From Octopus vulgaris (Eukaryota): a stretch of DNA of 64,000 nucleotides. The DNA is taken from positions 51,336,001-51,400,000 of the forward strand of contig OX597815.1 of assembly GCA_951406725.2 (NCBI GenBank), given 5' to 3'. The position numbers and the translations under genes are program-made. Shown one piece after another: positions 1 to 11,620 of the stretch. The notes beneath the pieces are model-generated. The model was not told the DNA's origin. It saw nothing but the letters and a program-made list of their open reading frames with translations, and did not search any database. The first letter of the stretch is position 1. Each line of letters starts with the position of its first letter.

Positions 1-138
1 TGCACATTCATGCACTCACACACATATATACACACATACACACACACACGTGAATAGTCCTCAAACATATGTAGAATATAGGTATATGTACACACTCGAA
101 TGAATGAAGATATGTGTGTATGTATGATTGTGGGTACG

Positions 139-173
<35 letters not shown>

Positions 174-498
174 TCTATATACATACACACACACACAAAC
201 ACCATGTACACACACCCACATAATTATGCATATCTATAAATACACATACACAAACTTAAACACATATTCACAAACACAATATATGAAAAAACACATGTAT
301 CTGTATTTTAATATGTATGCCTTGATTTTGCAGTTAATTCCATTTTGATAATATATTTCATATATCCTTGCTTAAACCTTACCTTAGCCCTACTGAGCCA
401 TTTTTGTTTACTTTGCATGGGATGTAGGTTCTTGATGAATGTGAAGAATATTTGCATACACACAGAAACACATATGTCAGCAGAGATATATACATACT

Positions 499-1000
499 TA
501 TCATCATCATCGTTTAACATCTGTTGTCCATGTTGGTATGGGTTGGACAGTTTGACCAGAGCTGGCATGTTGGAAGGCTGCACCAGGCTCCAATCTGATT
601 TGGCATGGTTTCTATGGGTGGATGCCCTTCCTAATTCCAATCACTTTACAGAGCGTGCTGGGGTACTTTTAAATGGCACTACACAAGCACTTTTGCATGG
701 CACTGCACAGGCGTTTTTATGTGACACCACATAGGGGCTTTTACATGACACAGCCACAAATGTTTTACACCACTACCAGAATTGGTCTTAGCACTTCTGC
801 TGCAGGGTACAGGTGTTGTTGAGTAAGGCCAGGCACCAGGTATCTTGGTCCTTTGTCATCTTGCCTGAAAGGTTCAGCTTCCTGAGGTCATTCTTGAGTA
901 CTTCATCCCATGTTTTCTTGGGTTTCCACTTTGAAAGATCGGCACTTCTTCATGGAGCTGTCGACATCCATCCACATCACATAACCAAACCAACATAGTC
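499..1000 (-). mobile_element. RTE-clade LINE 3' end (C-terminal remnant, 3' UTR, (GAT)n tail)
   Basis: (CAT)n at 499-511 is followed by the family motif CGTTTAAC..TCCATG..GGGTTGGAC that recurs at 2489, 11621, 17645 and 46390. The minus strand near 900-930 reads GKPKKTWDE, similar to the RTE motif GRPRKTW. Confidence 0.7.
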
Positions 1001-1005
1001 TTCTT

Positions 1006-1039
<34 letters not shown>

Positions 1040-1060
1040 CACACACACATGTGTGTGTGA

Positions 1061-1360
1061 AGGCAAGTGGCTTAGTGGTCAGGCTAATGGCACATAATCA
1101 TAAGGTCATGAGTTTGATTCCCAGTAGTGTGTCGTGTCCTTGAGCAAACTGTTTTAATTCTTATTGCTCCAATTCGCTCAGTAGGCAAATATGAATTTTA
1201 CCTGTAATTCAAAGGACCAGCCTTGTCACACTGAATCTTGCTGGGAACTATGCTGTGGGTACATGTGTTTATAGAGTGCTCAGCTAATTGGGCATTAATT
1301 TCACAAGCAGGTTGGTCAAATCAACTGGAATCTTCGTTGTCATAACCAACGAAGTACCAG
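1061..1360 (+). mobile_element. tRNA-derived SINE (family with TGTCCTTGAGCAA core-like segment)
   Basis: A-box-like TGGCTTAGTGG and B-box-like AGTTTGATTCC, then GTGTCCTTGAGCAA. Related copies at ~58478-58640 (+) and ~58770-59078 (-). Confidence 0.65.
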
Positions 1361-1570
1361 GATATACATGTGTGTGTGTGTGAGTGAGTGTGTCTGTGTA
1401 CTCACACACATTCACACCCACATGCTTTATATAGAGAAAATTGTATGTATGTTTTGATAATAGGTTGGGTGTATGATAAGTACACACTATCCACACAGGC
1501 ATAAATTAATAGCAGAAGACAGTAAGATTACTAATCTCAAGGTGAATGTTATATCAAACCAAACCAATGC

Positions 1571-1572
<2 letters not shown>

Positions 1573-1634
<62 letters not shown>
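1573..1634. repeat. (CA)n microsatellite
   Basis: About 30 perfect CA units. Confidence 0.95.
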
Positions 1635-1637
<3 letters not shown>

Positions 1638-2488
1638 AGCTATTCTTTAATTTCCAGTGTTATTTTTGTACAGAAGTTAAGCAGGATGAGTTAGGCAGCA
1701 TGCCAGTGGATAGGAAATGAAGAAAAGAACTCCCAACTGCTCAAGCTGTAAGCCTATACCTCATCCATTTGGTCACTGAGACGCCTCAGAATACATAACA
1801 AAAAGCTAGATATAATAGGAAATTTTTATTCAACTATTCCAGCCAGATTATCAAACACTGTGTTTACCCTTTCGGATAAACTTGTTACAACTTCTAAGAA
1901 TATTCAATAAATGTTACATATATTATATCAAGGGTGTTTTTTAAATTTTTTCTTGCTTTTTATTAAACTATACTGACCAGATTAGCTTAGTAAATTTTGC
2001 TTTTAGCTGACCATTCAGATAAACATGCCATAAATTTTAACATCCTACTTACTATAAATGTTTTATTATTATTTTTTTTTACTTTACGCAATCCGTAACA
2101 GAAATGGTGTTATGTAACAGAAAAAAAAAGAACTTGATTTTTTTTTATCAGGTAAATGAATGCATTTATGTTACATTGTCTATGATATTTTCTATTGAAA
2201 GAGCTGGTTTAATATTTTTATGGCATTTAAAAGAGTATGTAACCTTTTGCTAATGTAATCAGCATACATCACTATTTGGGTAGCTGTCTCAATGCCAAAG
2301 ATATAGTAGATTCATCCTAACTACTAATCTCTGTTGGCTTCTTGAAATATAAGGTCGTTTTAATAGTAAGGAGGTAATTTCTCTGCACTGTTTCTAGTTA
2401 TTGAGTACCAATGACTGAGCTCAACTCAACAAATTTACAACACTAACCCTGACAGTTGTAAGAACATTTAAAGAGTAGACTTACTATT

Positions 2489-2950
2489 CCATCATCATCA
2501 TCATCATCATTGTCGTTTAACGTCCACTTTCCATGCTAGCATGGGTTGGACAATTTGACTGAGGACTGGCGAACCAGATGGCTGCACCAGGCTCTAATCT
2601 TGATTTGGTAGTTTCTACAGCTGGATGCCCTTCCTAACACCAACCATTCCGAGAGTGTAGTGGGTGCTTTTACGTACCACTGGCACGAGGGTCAGTCAGG
2701 CGGTACTGGCAACGGTCCCGGAAATCGTGTTTTATTTTTCTTTTTTTTACGTGTCACCTGCACACCAGCACAAGTGCCAGTAAGGCAATGCTGGTAACGA
2801 TCATGCTCGAATGGTGCTTTTTATGTGCCACCTGCACTAACGCCAGTTAGAAGCTCTGGCAATGACCATGCTCAGATGGTGCTCTTAGTGCTCCACTAGC
2901 ATGGATGCCAGTCATCAAATTTGATTTCGATTCCGATTTCACTTGCCTCA
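2489..2950 (-). mobile_element. RTE-type 3' UTR repeat with (GAT)n tail
   Basis: (CAT)n then GTCGTTTAACGTCCACTTTCCATGCTAGCATGGGTTGGAC, plus internal TGCTTTTACGTGCCAC-like subrepeats. Same family as the tail of the RTE at 11621-12640. Confidence 0.75.
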
Positions 2951-3615
2951 GCATCATGTAGTGATTAATCCAAAGTTTATTGTTGTTTAATATGGCTTTA
3001 TATGCTTTAAAGGGTTTTTAGCTTATTCAGTGCAGGGTAATTTAGACCACTTGAGTTTCAGTAAAGAGACTTAGCTAAGTGTCCACATTTTGGCACAGTA
3101 AGTAAATTAGAAGGGCATCCAGCCACAGAACCTAAGCCAGACATGAAAATTATGAGAAAGATGTGGTTCTCCTAGCCGGCTAGGAGAGCAGTAAATCTGA
3201 TAATGAACTGAATGCAATATGTTCAAGCCACATCAGTATGGAAAGGAAGAGGTGGTGTGATGATGATGATGACAGTTATTTTGTTTATGTATATTTGTAA
3301 GTATAAGCAGCTTCTAAACAGAGACTGATTTTAGGATGGTGCTGTTGATAGAACTTCTTGATGTCTGCTGAACAACACAGCTATCACAAATATATGACTA
3401 TTTTGCTACCCATTAAAAAATTTTTTTTTCTCTGTTAAATAAGTTATTAGTCAAATAGGCAAGTTGTCAATTATTAGGACTCTTTTCTGACCCCTGATAT
3501 GTCTCACCTCTTCTTTATCTCTTCCAGTGCTATTGCAAAAGATCCTGCTCAAATGAACATGTTAATTGTATGCCATCTACATAAACACACATTAACCTTC
3601 ATTTTCTTTCATCAG

Positions 3616-3699
3616 CCTCAGCTGATGTACAAGTCATCTGAAACACTTCACTTAATCATGCTTTCGCTCCAGCAGATATTCAAACTAAGTATCAACAAC
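3616..3699 (+). CDS. candidate internal exon (PQLMYKSSETLHLIMLSLQQIFKLSINN), product unknown
   Basis: Acceptor attttctttcatcag, 84 nt open only in phase 0, donor AAC|gttagt. No homology recognised. Confidence 0.2.
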
Positions 3700-4832
3700 G
3701 TTAGTCACATCAATGCTTTTGTATCCATCCTGTTTAGAAGGTTTTCAGAGGGCTATGGATTTTCTGTTGTTGTAACTGCATAAATTAATGTTGTAACAAT
3801 GAATGACACCTCCCTTATGACTTCATTCATTTAGTTTGGTTTTTTTTTGTAAAATTAATAGATAGGGATGTAGTCTCTTCTGTTGCAGAGATTTCAAGAA
3901 TTGCGACAGAGATGTTGATAGGATAAATATATCAACAGTTTAATTTCTTTACTGTGAACATGAGAAGTTTCAGGTGAAAAACTTCCCAAGCTACTGTTAA
4001 GTCCCCAAAAGATAACCAGAGATCATCTCAACAATATGCTCAAATTTACATCAATTTTATCTAAAGAAAATGCACATATAAGATGCTCAGGATGTTCATT
4101 GGGATATTATATCAACATACTTACTCCTACACATATGGATTAGAACAAATATACACCTGCATCTGAATACAACTAGATTTGTCCATATATGTAAATATAC
4201 ATGCATGCAGATATGCAAATATAAAACTGTGCAGACTATTATACACAGAGTTATACATAGACATATAAATATATTTACAGAATAATTAGACACATACACA
4301 TATATAAGTGTTTTTATGAGTGGTTTATGTAGGAATTACTTAATCTCTAGGTTCTGAAGAAATAAGAAAGATTACAAGTAAGATGGCAGATTATGTTAGT
4401 TTATGAAAATAGATTAACTTATTAAACAAGTAAGGCTGTGGGAGATAAGGTGGTACAACATAGGTGCTTATATACTGGTGAGAATAAATTGAAAGTGGCA
4501 TTTCATGAATGGAAACATATACAACACAAGGGATACATGCTACTCTATATTCTATAGAGGAAAATGCAGAAGTTGATGCATATATGCTATAGTTTTTGAA
4601 GTTGCAGCTTGTGTAAAGATTAAGAGTTATCTGGACACATATAGCATACTTGATAAATTAATTAGTCGTAACTCAGTTGGGTTAAGATTTGTATCAGATC
4701 TCATAATTACTAAATATTAATAAATACTATCAGAAATTAAACTGTCAGGCAGTCTGCTTCTCTCTCACTCACTCTCTCCCTCCTTCTCCCCCTTTCTCTC
4801 TCTCCCCTCTTTCTCCTCCTTTCTCTCTCTCC

Positions 4833-4891
<59 letters not shown>

Positions 4892-4982
4892 TCACATGTA
4901 TGCCTCCATACAAGGCATATATGTGTGTGTGTGTGTTTGTATATACACACACACATGTAAGGCCCAAGCATGACTGTAGACA

Positions 4983-5160
4983 CAAGCATGGTTATGTATG
5001 CAACATTGGGTGGTTTAGAAGTTCATTTCCCAACCACATAGTCCTATGTTCAATTCCACTGCACAACATCTTGAGCATGTGTCTCCTACTAAAACCATGG
5101 GTCAGCCAAAAGCTTGTGAGTGGATTTAGTGGACAGAAACTGACAGAGTGTGTGTATATG
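4983..5160 (+). mobile_element. SINE family A, 5' half
   Basis: Aligns by eye to the head of the copy at 44570 (CCCAACCACAT..CCACTGCA..CTTGTGAGTGGATTT..GAAACTGA). Confidence 0.7.
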
Positions 5161-5547
5161 TCTAACAGCTTATATATATATTTGTGTGTGTGTGTGTGTG
5201 CATGTACATATATATGCATATATATACACTCACACACAGTGTTCTAACAAAGAAGAGTTGTAGTATTAATCAGTCTAAAGTGAGCAAATATTTGAGTTGT
5301 ATGTTGTAATGGAATCATTCAATAACAAAGACAGTCAACTAATCTTCAGTCTTTATATATTCTATTATCCTTAAAATCATATCTGCCAACGTACCATGAG
5401 GAACATCTACAAAGACATAACATAATTAATTAAACATTTATGAACTTCAATTATAAGGGAATATTTACCTTTTCCTACCAATATTGGTAGTCAATTAAAT
5501 CAATGACAAACTGGTATTGTCTCAAACAATTTCTGATGCTCTTGTGA

Positions 5548-5752
5548 TCATGATGCCATCACAACATTCAGTACATGTTGTGTAGTAGCATGTGGGCCCC
5601 ACTGACTCTGAGAGCTAATGGAGTGCAAGCACCTTGCAGGACCTCTTATATTGGAAAGCTAGACTGATATGGCTGACCTCTTCCTAAAGATAAAAATGGG
5701 TTTGCATAAGGCCAACATCCCTACCTAGACGAAAGCAAAGTAACAAAAATAG
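5548..5752 (+). mobile_element. probable 5' part of an RTE-related non-autonomous element
   Basis: GGGTTTGCATAAGGCCAACATCCCTAC resembles RTE 5' UTR motifs. A possible matching 3' part resumes at 8173-8283. Confidence 0.35.
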
Positions 5753-5754
5753 GC

Positions 5755-5931
5755 AGAGGCATGGCTGAGACGTAAGAAGATTGCTTCCCAACCATGTGGT
5801 TCTGGATCCAACTCACTGCATGGCACTTAGAGCAAGTGTCTTCTATTATTGCCTTGGGCTGACCAAAGCTTTGTGAGTGGATTAAGTAGACAGAAACTGA
5901 AAGACGCCTATCATATATATATATATATATT
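5755..5931 (+). mobile_element. SINE family A, 5' half (interrupted by the PLE)
   Basis: Matches 44570-44735 and ends in the internal (TA)n at 5913-5931. Confidence 0.85.
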
Positions 5932-6048
5932 AGATAATAAAACGAATGGTTTACACTTGGTAACTTACTGGTAAAGCACAGTCACTTTCACATGTCGGTT
6001 ATGTATATGGTAAATGAAAGACGGAAGATGGAATATACGAGAATTTAT

Positions 6049-6164
6049 TATTTATCACAACGATCATTTTGACACATCTAGCAGCAATCCCTCACAAGTG
6101 GGACACTTAACTACTGGTTCAGGAGCATCCAGCAGCGCAGATGTGTCTCATCAGGTGATAAATA
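6049..6164 (-). ncRNA. type I hammerhead ribozyme in the PLE pseudo-LTR (degenerate, G12>A)
   Basis: Minus strand: stem I UAUUUAUCAC, CUGAUGA (6154-6148), 9-bp stem II GACACAUCU/AGAUGUGUC around a 59-nt loop, AAAA in place of GAAA, stem III U-GAUC-G, UU, then stem I' GUGAUAAAUA. Confidence 0.8.
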
Positions 6165-6552
6165 GATACACCGCATTAAAATAACAGTTCCGTAATGTAT
6201 CTTCTCATTTCGTAGAAAGAAAAACAGCAAAAGAAAGGAAATATCTTCATTTACATAGAAGATGAAAAATAAAATCACACATGCAAAAAAGAAATGAACA
6301 TGCAATACAACAAGAAAAAGTATTAAAAATAACCGTTAACAAATATGGATGTATAAACATCCTTGCACAAGCTGCATGGCATGTGTACACTCCCACATGC
6401 AAGCATCTGCAAATATGTAAGCATATGCACACATGTGGTTTGGGGCACTCACAATCACAGAGTGAGTTAAATAGTTACTTGGTGTTTATAAGAATGGGGA
6501 GGTTAAAGCTAAACTTAATTCATCCATACCTTAAAGTAAATTATGTTAACGG

Positions 6553-7839
6553 TTACTCAAATTCATTCCCACTGCATTGTATAAAAGTACATTTATATGC
6601 ATGCAGGCATCTTGAGAGTCTTTCAGAAATTCTATTAATGATCTTCTCATTGGTCCACAGAATAGACAGGGGTTCCTTGGAACAGAGTTGGTATCTCCTG
6701 AAAATGATACTGTATGGTTTCACATGCCTTACTATGGACCAAGTTATGTTGTACTTAATTATGGATTCTCTTGAAGCTGGCGACATGGTTACGATAACAA
6801 TTCTTAAATAAATCAGCCATCTGCCCAATGTAAACATACAGCTCCCTCCTTGTGTGCATGGTACATTTATATACAAGATTTATACTCATAAAGGGGTTCA
6901 TCAATGGGCATTTTGATTTATCTTTGTATAAGCATTTGTCATATTTATTTGTATATATGGCAGTTCCAACTCCATTTTCCAATGTTATTACATGTAACTA
7001 TATCATAAGCATTTGTACTATTACAATTTTGGTCATAATTGGTGCTTTACATTGTGGTTTACATCTCCTTTGTTGGTATTTATATGCATAGGTCCACTAG
7101 ATCCAGTAGGTGGGTTATTGAACCTTTGTCGCATTTTACCATTGTTTATGCGGTGCATAAGCTGCTCTAAATTAGCAGAGTTAGCATAGGATACCTTCAT
7201 GGTGTGCCAATTAAAAATAGCATAATATTGATTAGATCTAGGAAAACATTTATCCAAAGTGGCAAAAAATTTTCCAGTAATCTTGGCTGAAACATGCAAA
7301 CCGAAAATTAGGTTGAACCAGAGGACATCATGATTCCTATATCTGTTGTTTGGATTAATGCATCTAATGTGTTGTACAGGATTGGAACAATTAACAGTGT
7401 TACAAGCAGCTGGATTACTATGTTGCATGTGTCTATGAGTTTTCGTTGGTAGTTCATTGTCTTGACCAATTCTTCCTGGCCAGTATTCTCTATCTGAGTG
7501 AGTTCTCATACCATGATGTTGTGATGGTGTACAATGTGCATTACTAGTGGAGGAATTACCAGTGTTGGGTATGCCTGCTTCTTGTATATATTCAATTTTT
7601 TCCTGCTACCCAGCCCTAGCTAAAGCTGCATTATAATAAGTTGCATGTGATATGAAAATTTTATTATTAGCGGATAATCTAGAAATTCTTGTAGAAATAT
7701 TCTTAACTAGTCCCCATATTATGAAGAGTGGATGGTTGGATGCTATATTTATGTACTTAATATGATCATTTGCTTTATGAAATGGTTCAAATAATCCAGT
7801 ATCAAGACAGAAAGTAGTATGAAGAAAATTTACACTATG
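6553..7839 (-). pseudogene. PLE ORF remnant: RT thumb, linker, GIY-YIG endonuclease
   Basis: One frame runs 7839-7033 with a single TAG at 7606-7608. GIY-YIG lies in ORF 6755-6982 and the C-terminus in the frame ending at 6553. Disrupted by stops and frameshifts. Confidence 0.85.
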
Positions 7840-7939
7840 ATGCTAGATGTGTCAAAACAATTATTGTGATAAATAATAAATTCTTGTATATTCCATCTTC
7901 TGACTTTCATTTACTATATATTTTATACATACATACAAA

Positions 7940-8172
7940 CGTGTGTGTGTGTCTTTGTGTTGGTGTTTGTCCTCCACCACCATTTGATAACCAATGTTCG
8001 TGTGTTTTATGTCCCTGTAACTTAGCCGTTCAGCAAAAAAAGACTGATAGAATAAATCCCAGGCTTAAAAAGAAAATAAGTAGTAAGGTCAATTCATTCA
8101 ACTAAAAATTCTTCAAAGCAGTGTCCCAGCATGGCCACAGTCTAATGATTGAAACAAGTAAAAGATAAAAGA
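7940..8172 (+). mobile_element. SINE family A, 3' half
   Basis: GTCCCTGTAACTTAGCCGTTCAGCAAAA..ATGGCCACAGTCTAATGATTGAAACAAGTAAAAGA matches 44775-44982. Continues the copy at 5755. Confidence 0.85.
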
Positions 8173-8283
8173 ATTCAAAACCAACAAGACCTGGGAGAGG
8201 AAAAGCCAGTCTAGAATTGAGAACACTGGTGAAAAGTCATTGATAGCTCATGCTTCATATGGAGTGAAGGGCTTGGTAAGTAA
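8173..8283 (+). mobile_element. RTE-like C-terminus remnant
   Basis: Translates as V*N*EHW*KVIDSSCFIWSEGLGK*, resembling the RTE end AQDR..WR..V..LC....EG. The two TGA stops fit CGA decay. Confidence 0.45.
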
Positions 8284-8336
8284 TGGTCATGATGAGTTTC
8301 AATAAACTACAGAGGTCCAACACTTAACTATGAAGA

Positions 8337-8557
8337 AGGTGGTGAGTTGGCAGAATCATTAGCACACTGGGCAAAATGCTTAGTAGCATTTCAGCTGTCT
8401 TTATGTTCTGAGTTCAAATTCTGCCAAGGTCATCTTTGCCTTTGATCCTTTTGGGGGGGTTGATAAAAATAGGTACCAGTTGAGCACTGGAGTTAGTGTA
8501 ATAGCCTTATTGCCTCCCCTGAAATTACTGACCCTGTGCCAAAATTTGAAACCAAAA
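8337..8557 (+). mobile_element. tRNA-derived SINE family B
   Basis: Head GGTGAGTTGGCAGAATC, B-box GAGTTCAAATTC, central TTTGCCTTT.ATCCTTT.GGGG..GATAAAA.TA.GTACCAG domain (resembles Meta/MESC-type cores, from memory), tail GTGCCAAAATTTGAAAC. Copies at 25258, 48720 and 53375. Confidence 0.8.
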
Positions 8558-10619
8558 CTATGAATTCAAATGTGCTAATTGGATTAGAAGTGAATATCCA
8601 CCTGTATACAATGTCAGTTTATTACATGTCATGTTCTTACAAGAACTGCTAGAAATTTCGCTTGGTTAAGTGAACAGAGAATGTCTCTACTCAGACACAG
8701 AAGGAGACTTATAGCTAATCATTATCCAACATCCTTAGTGATTTCACTTCATTCTACTACAACAATAGACAGCATTAATACTTGCAATCTGATATGTTGA
8801 AGAAAAACAACAATACATCTGTCGGACACTTATTTAATTTTGTCATGATTAATTGTAATATATTTTTCTCATAAATTTAATATAATAGCAAAGCAAGAAT
8901 GTATCAAAATTAGATTTTAAAATATCTAATAAAATTAAGGAATTAAAAAACAAGACAAAATGAAAAAGTGAGAAAATGTCTCATAACCTATATATACTTA
9001 TTGTTTTATCTTACTTGAAAATAAAATTTGGAAAAGTTTTTTTAATTAGTTTTTTTTTTTTTTCTTTTGTAGTTTCAAAATAAAATCTATAATATCTAAA
9101 TCAAAGAGTTATGATATGAATACTGATGTAATATTTAAGGAAAGAAATATTTTTAATCTAGGAAAGGGTGTTAAACTTTGACCAAATATGATTAAACACT
9201 TTCACCTATTACCATGTTGTATTCTACAATATTCAGATAACAATACTGACTTACATTCCAAGTAGTGAAACCATCTTCTAAAAACCATACTTAGAAGGAT
9301 AGAATTGTAATCATTTTCCCATTTTCTTTTGACATGTTTGGGTCAATTGCTCATCTACAGCTTGAAAATGGGAATTGGGCCAAGAATATCAATCACAAAT
9401 TATTCAATATTAATTCTTAATATATCTCACTGATAACTTTTGGAACTCCTTTCCAGTGCATTGTCTCCATGAAACAGTTTTTCTTTTAAGTGTTAAGAAA
9501 TTATATTTTATTTTGTCTTTTGTAAAACACAACTCCAGCTTGTCTTAAAGTCATGCTAATCAGCAAAACCTAAGTCTTTGTAGACTTTTCCTAATGTAAG
9601 TAATTTACAATGAAGAATTATTTTTAATCAATTTCATTCCCAAATGTTCATTTTACTCTATGGATATTTTGTTTGGCTTTTTTCTATTATGGGGAAAAAA
9701 GTTATAGAAGTGGCTGAAGAAAATCTCTTACTTCATTATTTAGACTAAAAATTTTGTTAGATACTAGTGTAAATTTCATCTTTAAAAATGGAGGAAAATA
9801 GACACAGGCATGGGTGTATAGTTAAGAAGTTTGTCTCACAACCATGTGATTTAGGTTTCAATTCTATTGCCTAAAAAAATAAAATAATAGGGACAAGATG
9901 ACAACAGTGGGGACGCCCAAACTTTATAGGTTTGTTCAAACAGGACTGATCTGGAGTTAAATAACAACTCTAACCAGGTAACATGCTTACCCTATCTGCT
10001 TGTAATTCTTTTGTGTTTATATCAATAAAGTCTAAATTGTTTAAGAATCAAATTGTTTTATTAGTAAATCTAAATGTTTTTGTTCACATCTTTGAACTAA
10101 ATGGATTCTTGCAATTTTAAACATAGCAGAGAAAAAACAAGATCTTATCTGTTAATGAGTTTCAACTGAGCAGGGTTGTTTTGTTGTCTTTTTTTTTTTA
10201 TTTCAAATTCATAATGTTTAAAATGCATATAGTTTTAATGATGTAGATAATTCATTATTTGTCAATACATTACAATGATAATATAAATAAGAGACAGTTG
10301 TTACCTACTGTGGAAAGACAGTAAAAGAAAGCAGGTTGGTTCCAAGTTATCAGAGAAGGAAAGGTGAAGGAAGAGGAAGCTGACAAGGAGGAAGAGAAGG
10401 AGGGGGACAGATGTGATAATTCAGTTATCTTGCTCCCAACCAAAGGAAAAGAGGAGTTACACATGTGCAATGACTCTGGAGGACAGTGAAACATCTATCT
10501 TAAAGACACAGGCCTAAGGTCATGAGATTAATGTTCCTTTTTGTTTTTTCTCTAAACATTTCCTGTTAGTATATAGTCTTTATTGAAAACAACAACATGA
10601 AAAAAAACAACATAACAAT

Positions 10620-10642
10620 ACTACTACTACTACTACTACTAC

Positions 10643-10705
<63 letters not shown>

Positions 10706-10731
10706 TGATGATGATGATGATGATGATGATG
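10620..10731. repeat. compound trinucleotide microsatellite (CTA)n(ATA)n(ATG)n
   Basis: Seen directly. Confidence 0.95.
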
Positions 10732-10877
10732 GTAATATATGATAATACAGCCACCAGATTGAATATGTAAAATGTTCATCAAATAGATATGTTTTATTCT
10801 GTGCAGTATCAGATGTTTTAGAAAATAGAATATATTTTTTGGTACGAACTGGAAAAATAATATAAATCAGAGTAAAT

Positions 10878-10918
<41 letters not shown>

Positions 10919-11369
10919 AAGTCACTGGTGGTATATACTGATATAAAATATATGTAACAGAATCAAAGTTGAATGTAAACTACTTTATCATGTTAGCAGT
11001 CTATAGATTTTGTAAGTCCTTGGTAACAATTTTTTTAGGTTTTACCTAACATTTCTTCTTCAATGCTTGCACACACACACACACACAGTTTCAAATAGAA
11101 AGGTAATGGAATGATAAAGAAAGGAAAGAAATTTCACCATTATTTTTCACATCAATGCAAACTTTATTTGAACAGTTCTAAAAATTTCAAGAGTAATTTC
11201 CAATACGGTATAAGAAAGGAACATGAGACTATCTTTTCGGCAAGTGTTTAGGGCCCTCCCCCCCAAGTTAACCACTATCGTGTAGAACATCTTTAAAGTT
11301 GTTCAAGCAATGACCATCTCATTTTGTTTTTTGATAGTCACAATATATCTAGGACTACATTGTTCAATA

Positions 11370-11592
11370 TTCTTTTATCTTTTATTTGTTTCAGTTGTTA
11401 GACTACAACCATGCTGGGGCACTGCCTTGGAGAATTTTTAGTCGAATGAATCAACCTCAGTACTTAAATTTTGTCAAACCTGGTACTTATTTTATAGGGC
11501 TCTTTTACCAAACTGCTAAGTTACAAGGGTGTAAACACACCAACACCAGTTGTCAAGCAATGGTGGTGGGGAAAATACAAAGACAAACAAAC
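11370..11592 (-). mobile_element. SINE family A, 3' part
   Basis: Reverse complement of the family A tail (TTTGTTTCAGTT..CCATGCTGGGGCAC..CTGCTAAGTTAC). Confidence 0.75.
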
Positions 11593-11620
11593 ACACACAC
11601 ACACACACACATATATATAT

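Larger units (their letters stand above)
5932..7921 (-). mobile_element. Penelope-like retroelement, 5'-truncated, C-terminal GIY-YIG type (resembles Hydra clade), with inverted pseudo-LTR
   Basis: Minus frame from 7839 reads HSVNFLHTTFCLDTGLFEPFHKANDHIKYINIASNHP..ISTRISRLSAN (RT thumb), then VLWFNLIFGLHVSAKITGKFFATLDKCFP..IFNWHTMKVSY, then KCPL..NLVYKC..YVYIGQ..FKNCYRNHVASF (GIY-YIG) and ITWSIV..QLCSKE..SRCLH. 7841-7921 is an inverted copy of 6003-6083. Confidence 0.9.

Noticed and set aside
6281-6811. 176-aa + strand ORF
   Set aside because: Antisense to the PLE GIY-YIG region and 3' UTR, with no recognisable motifs.
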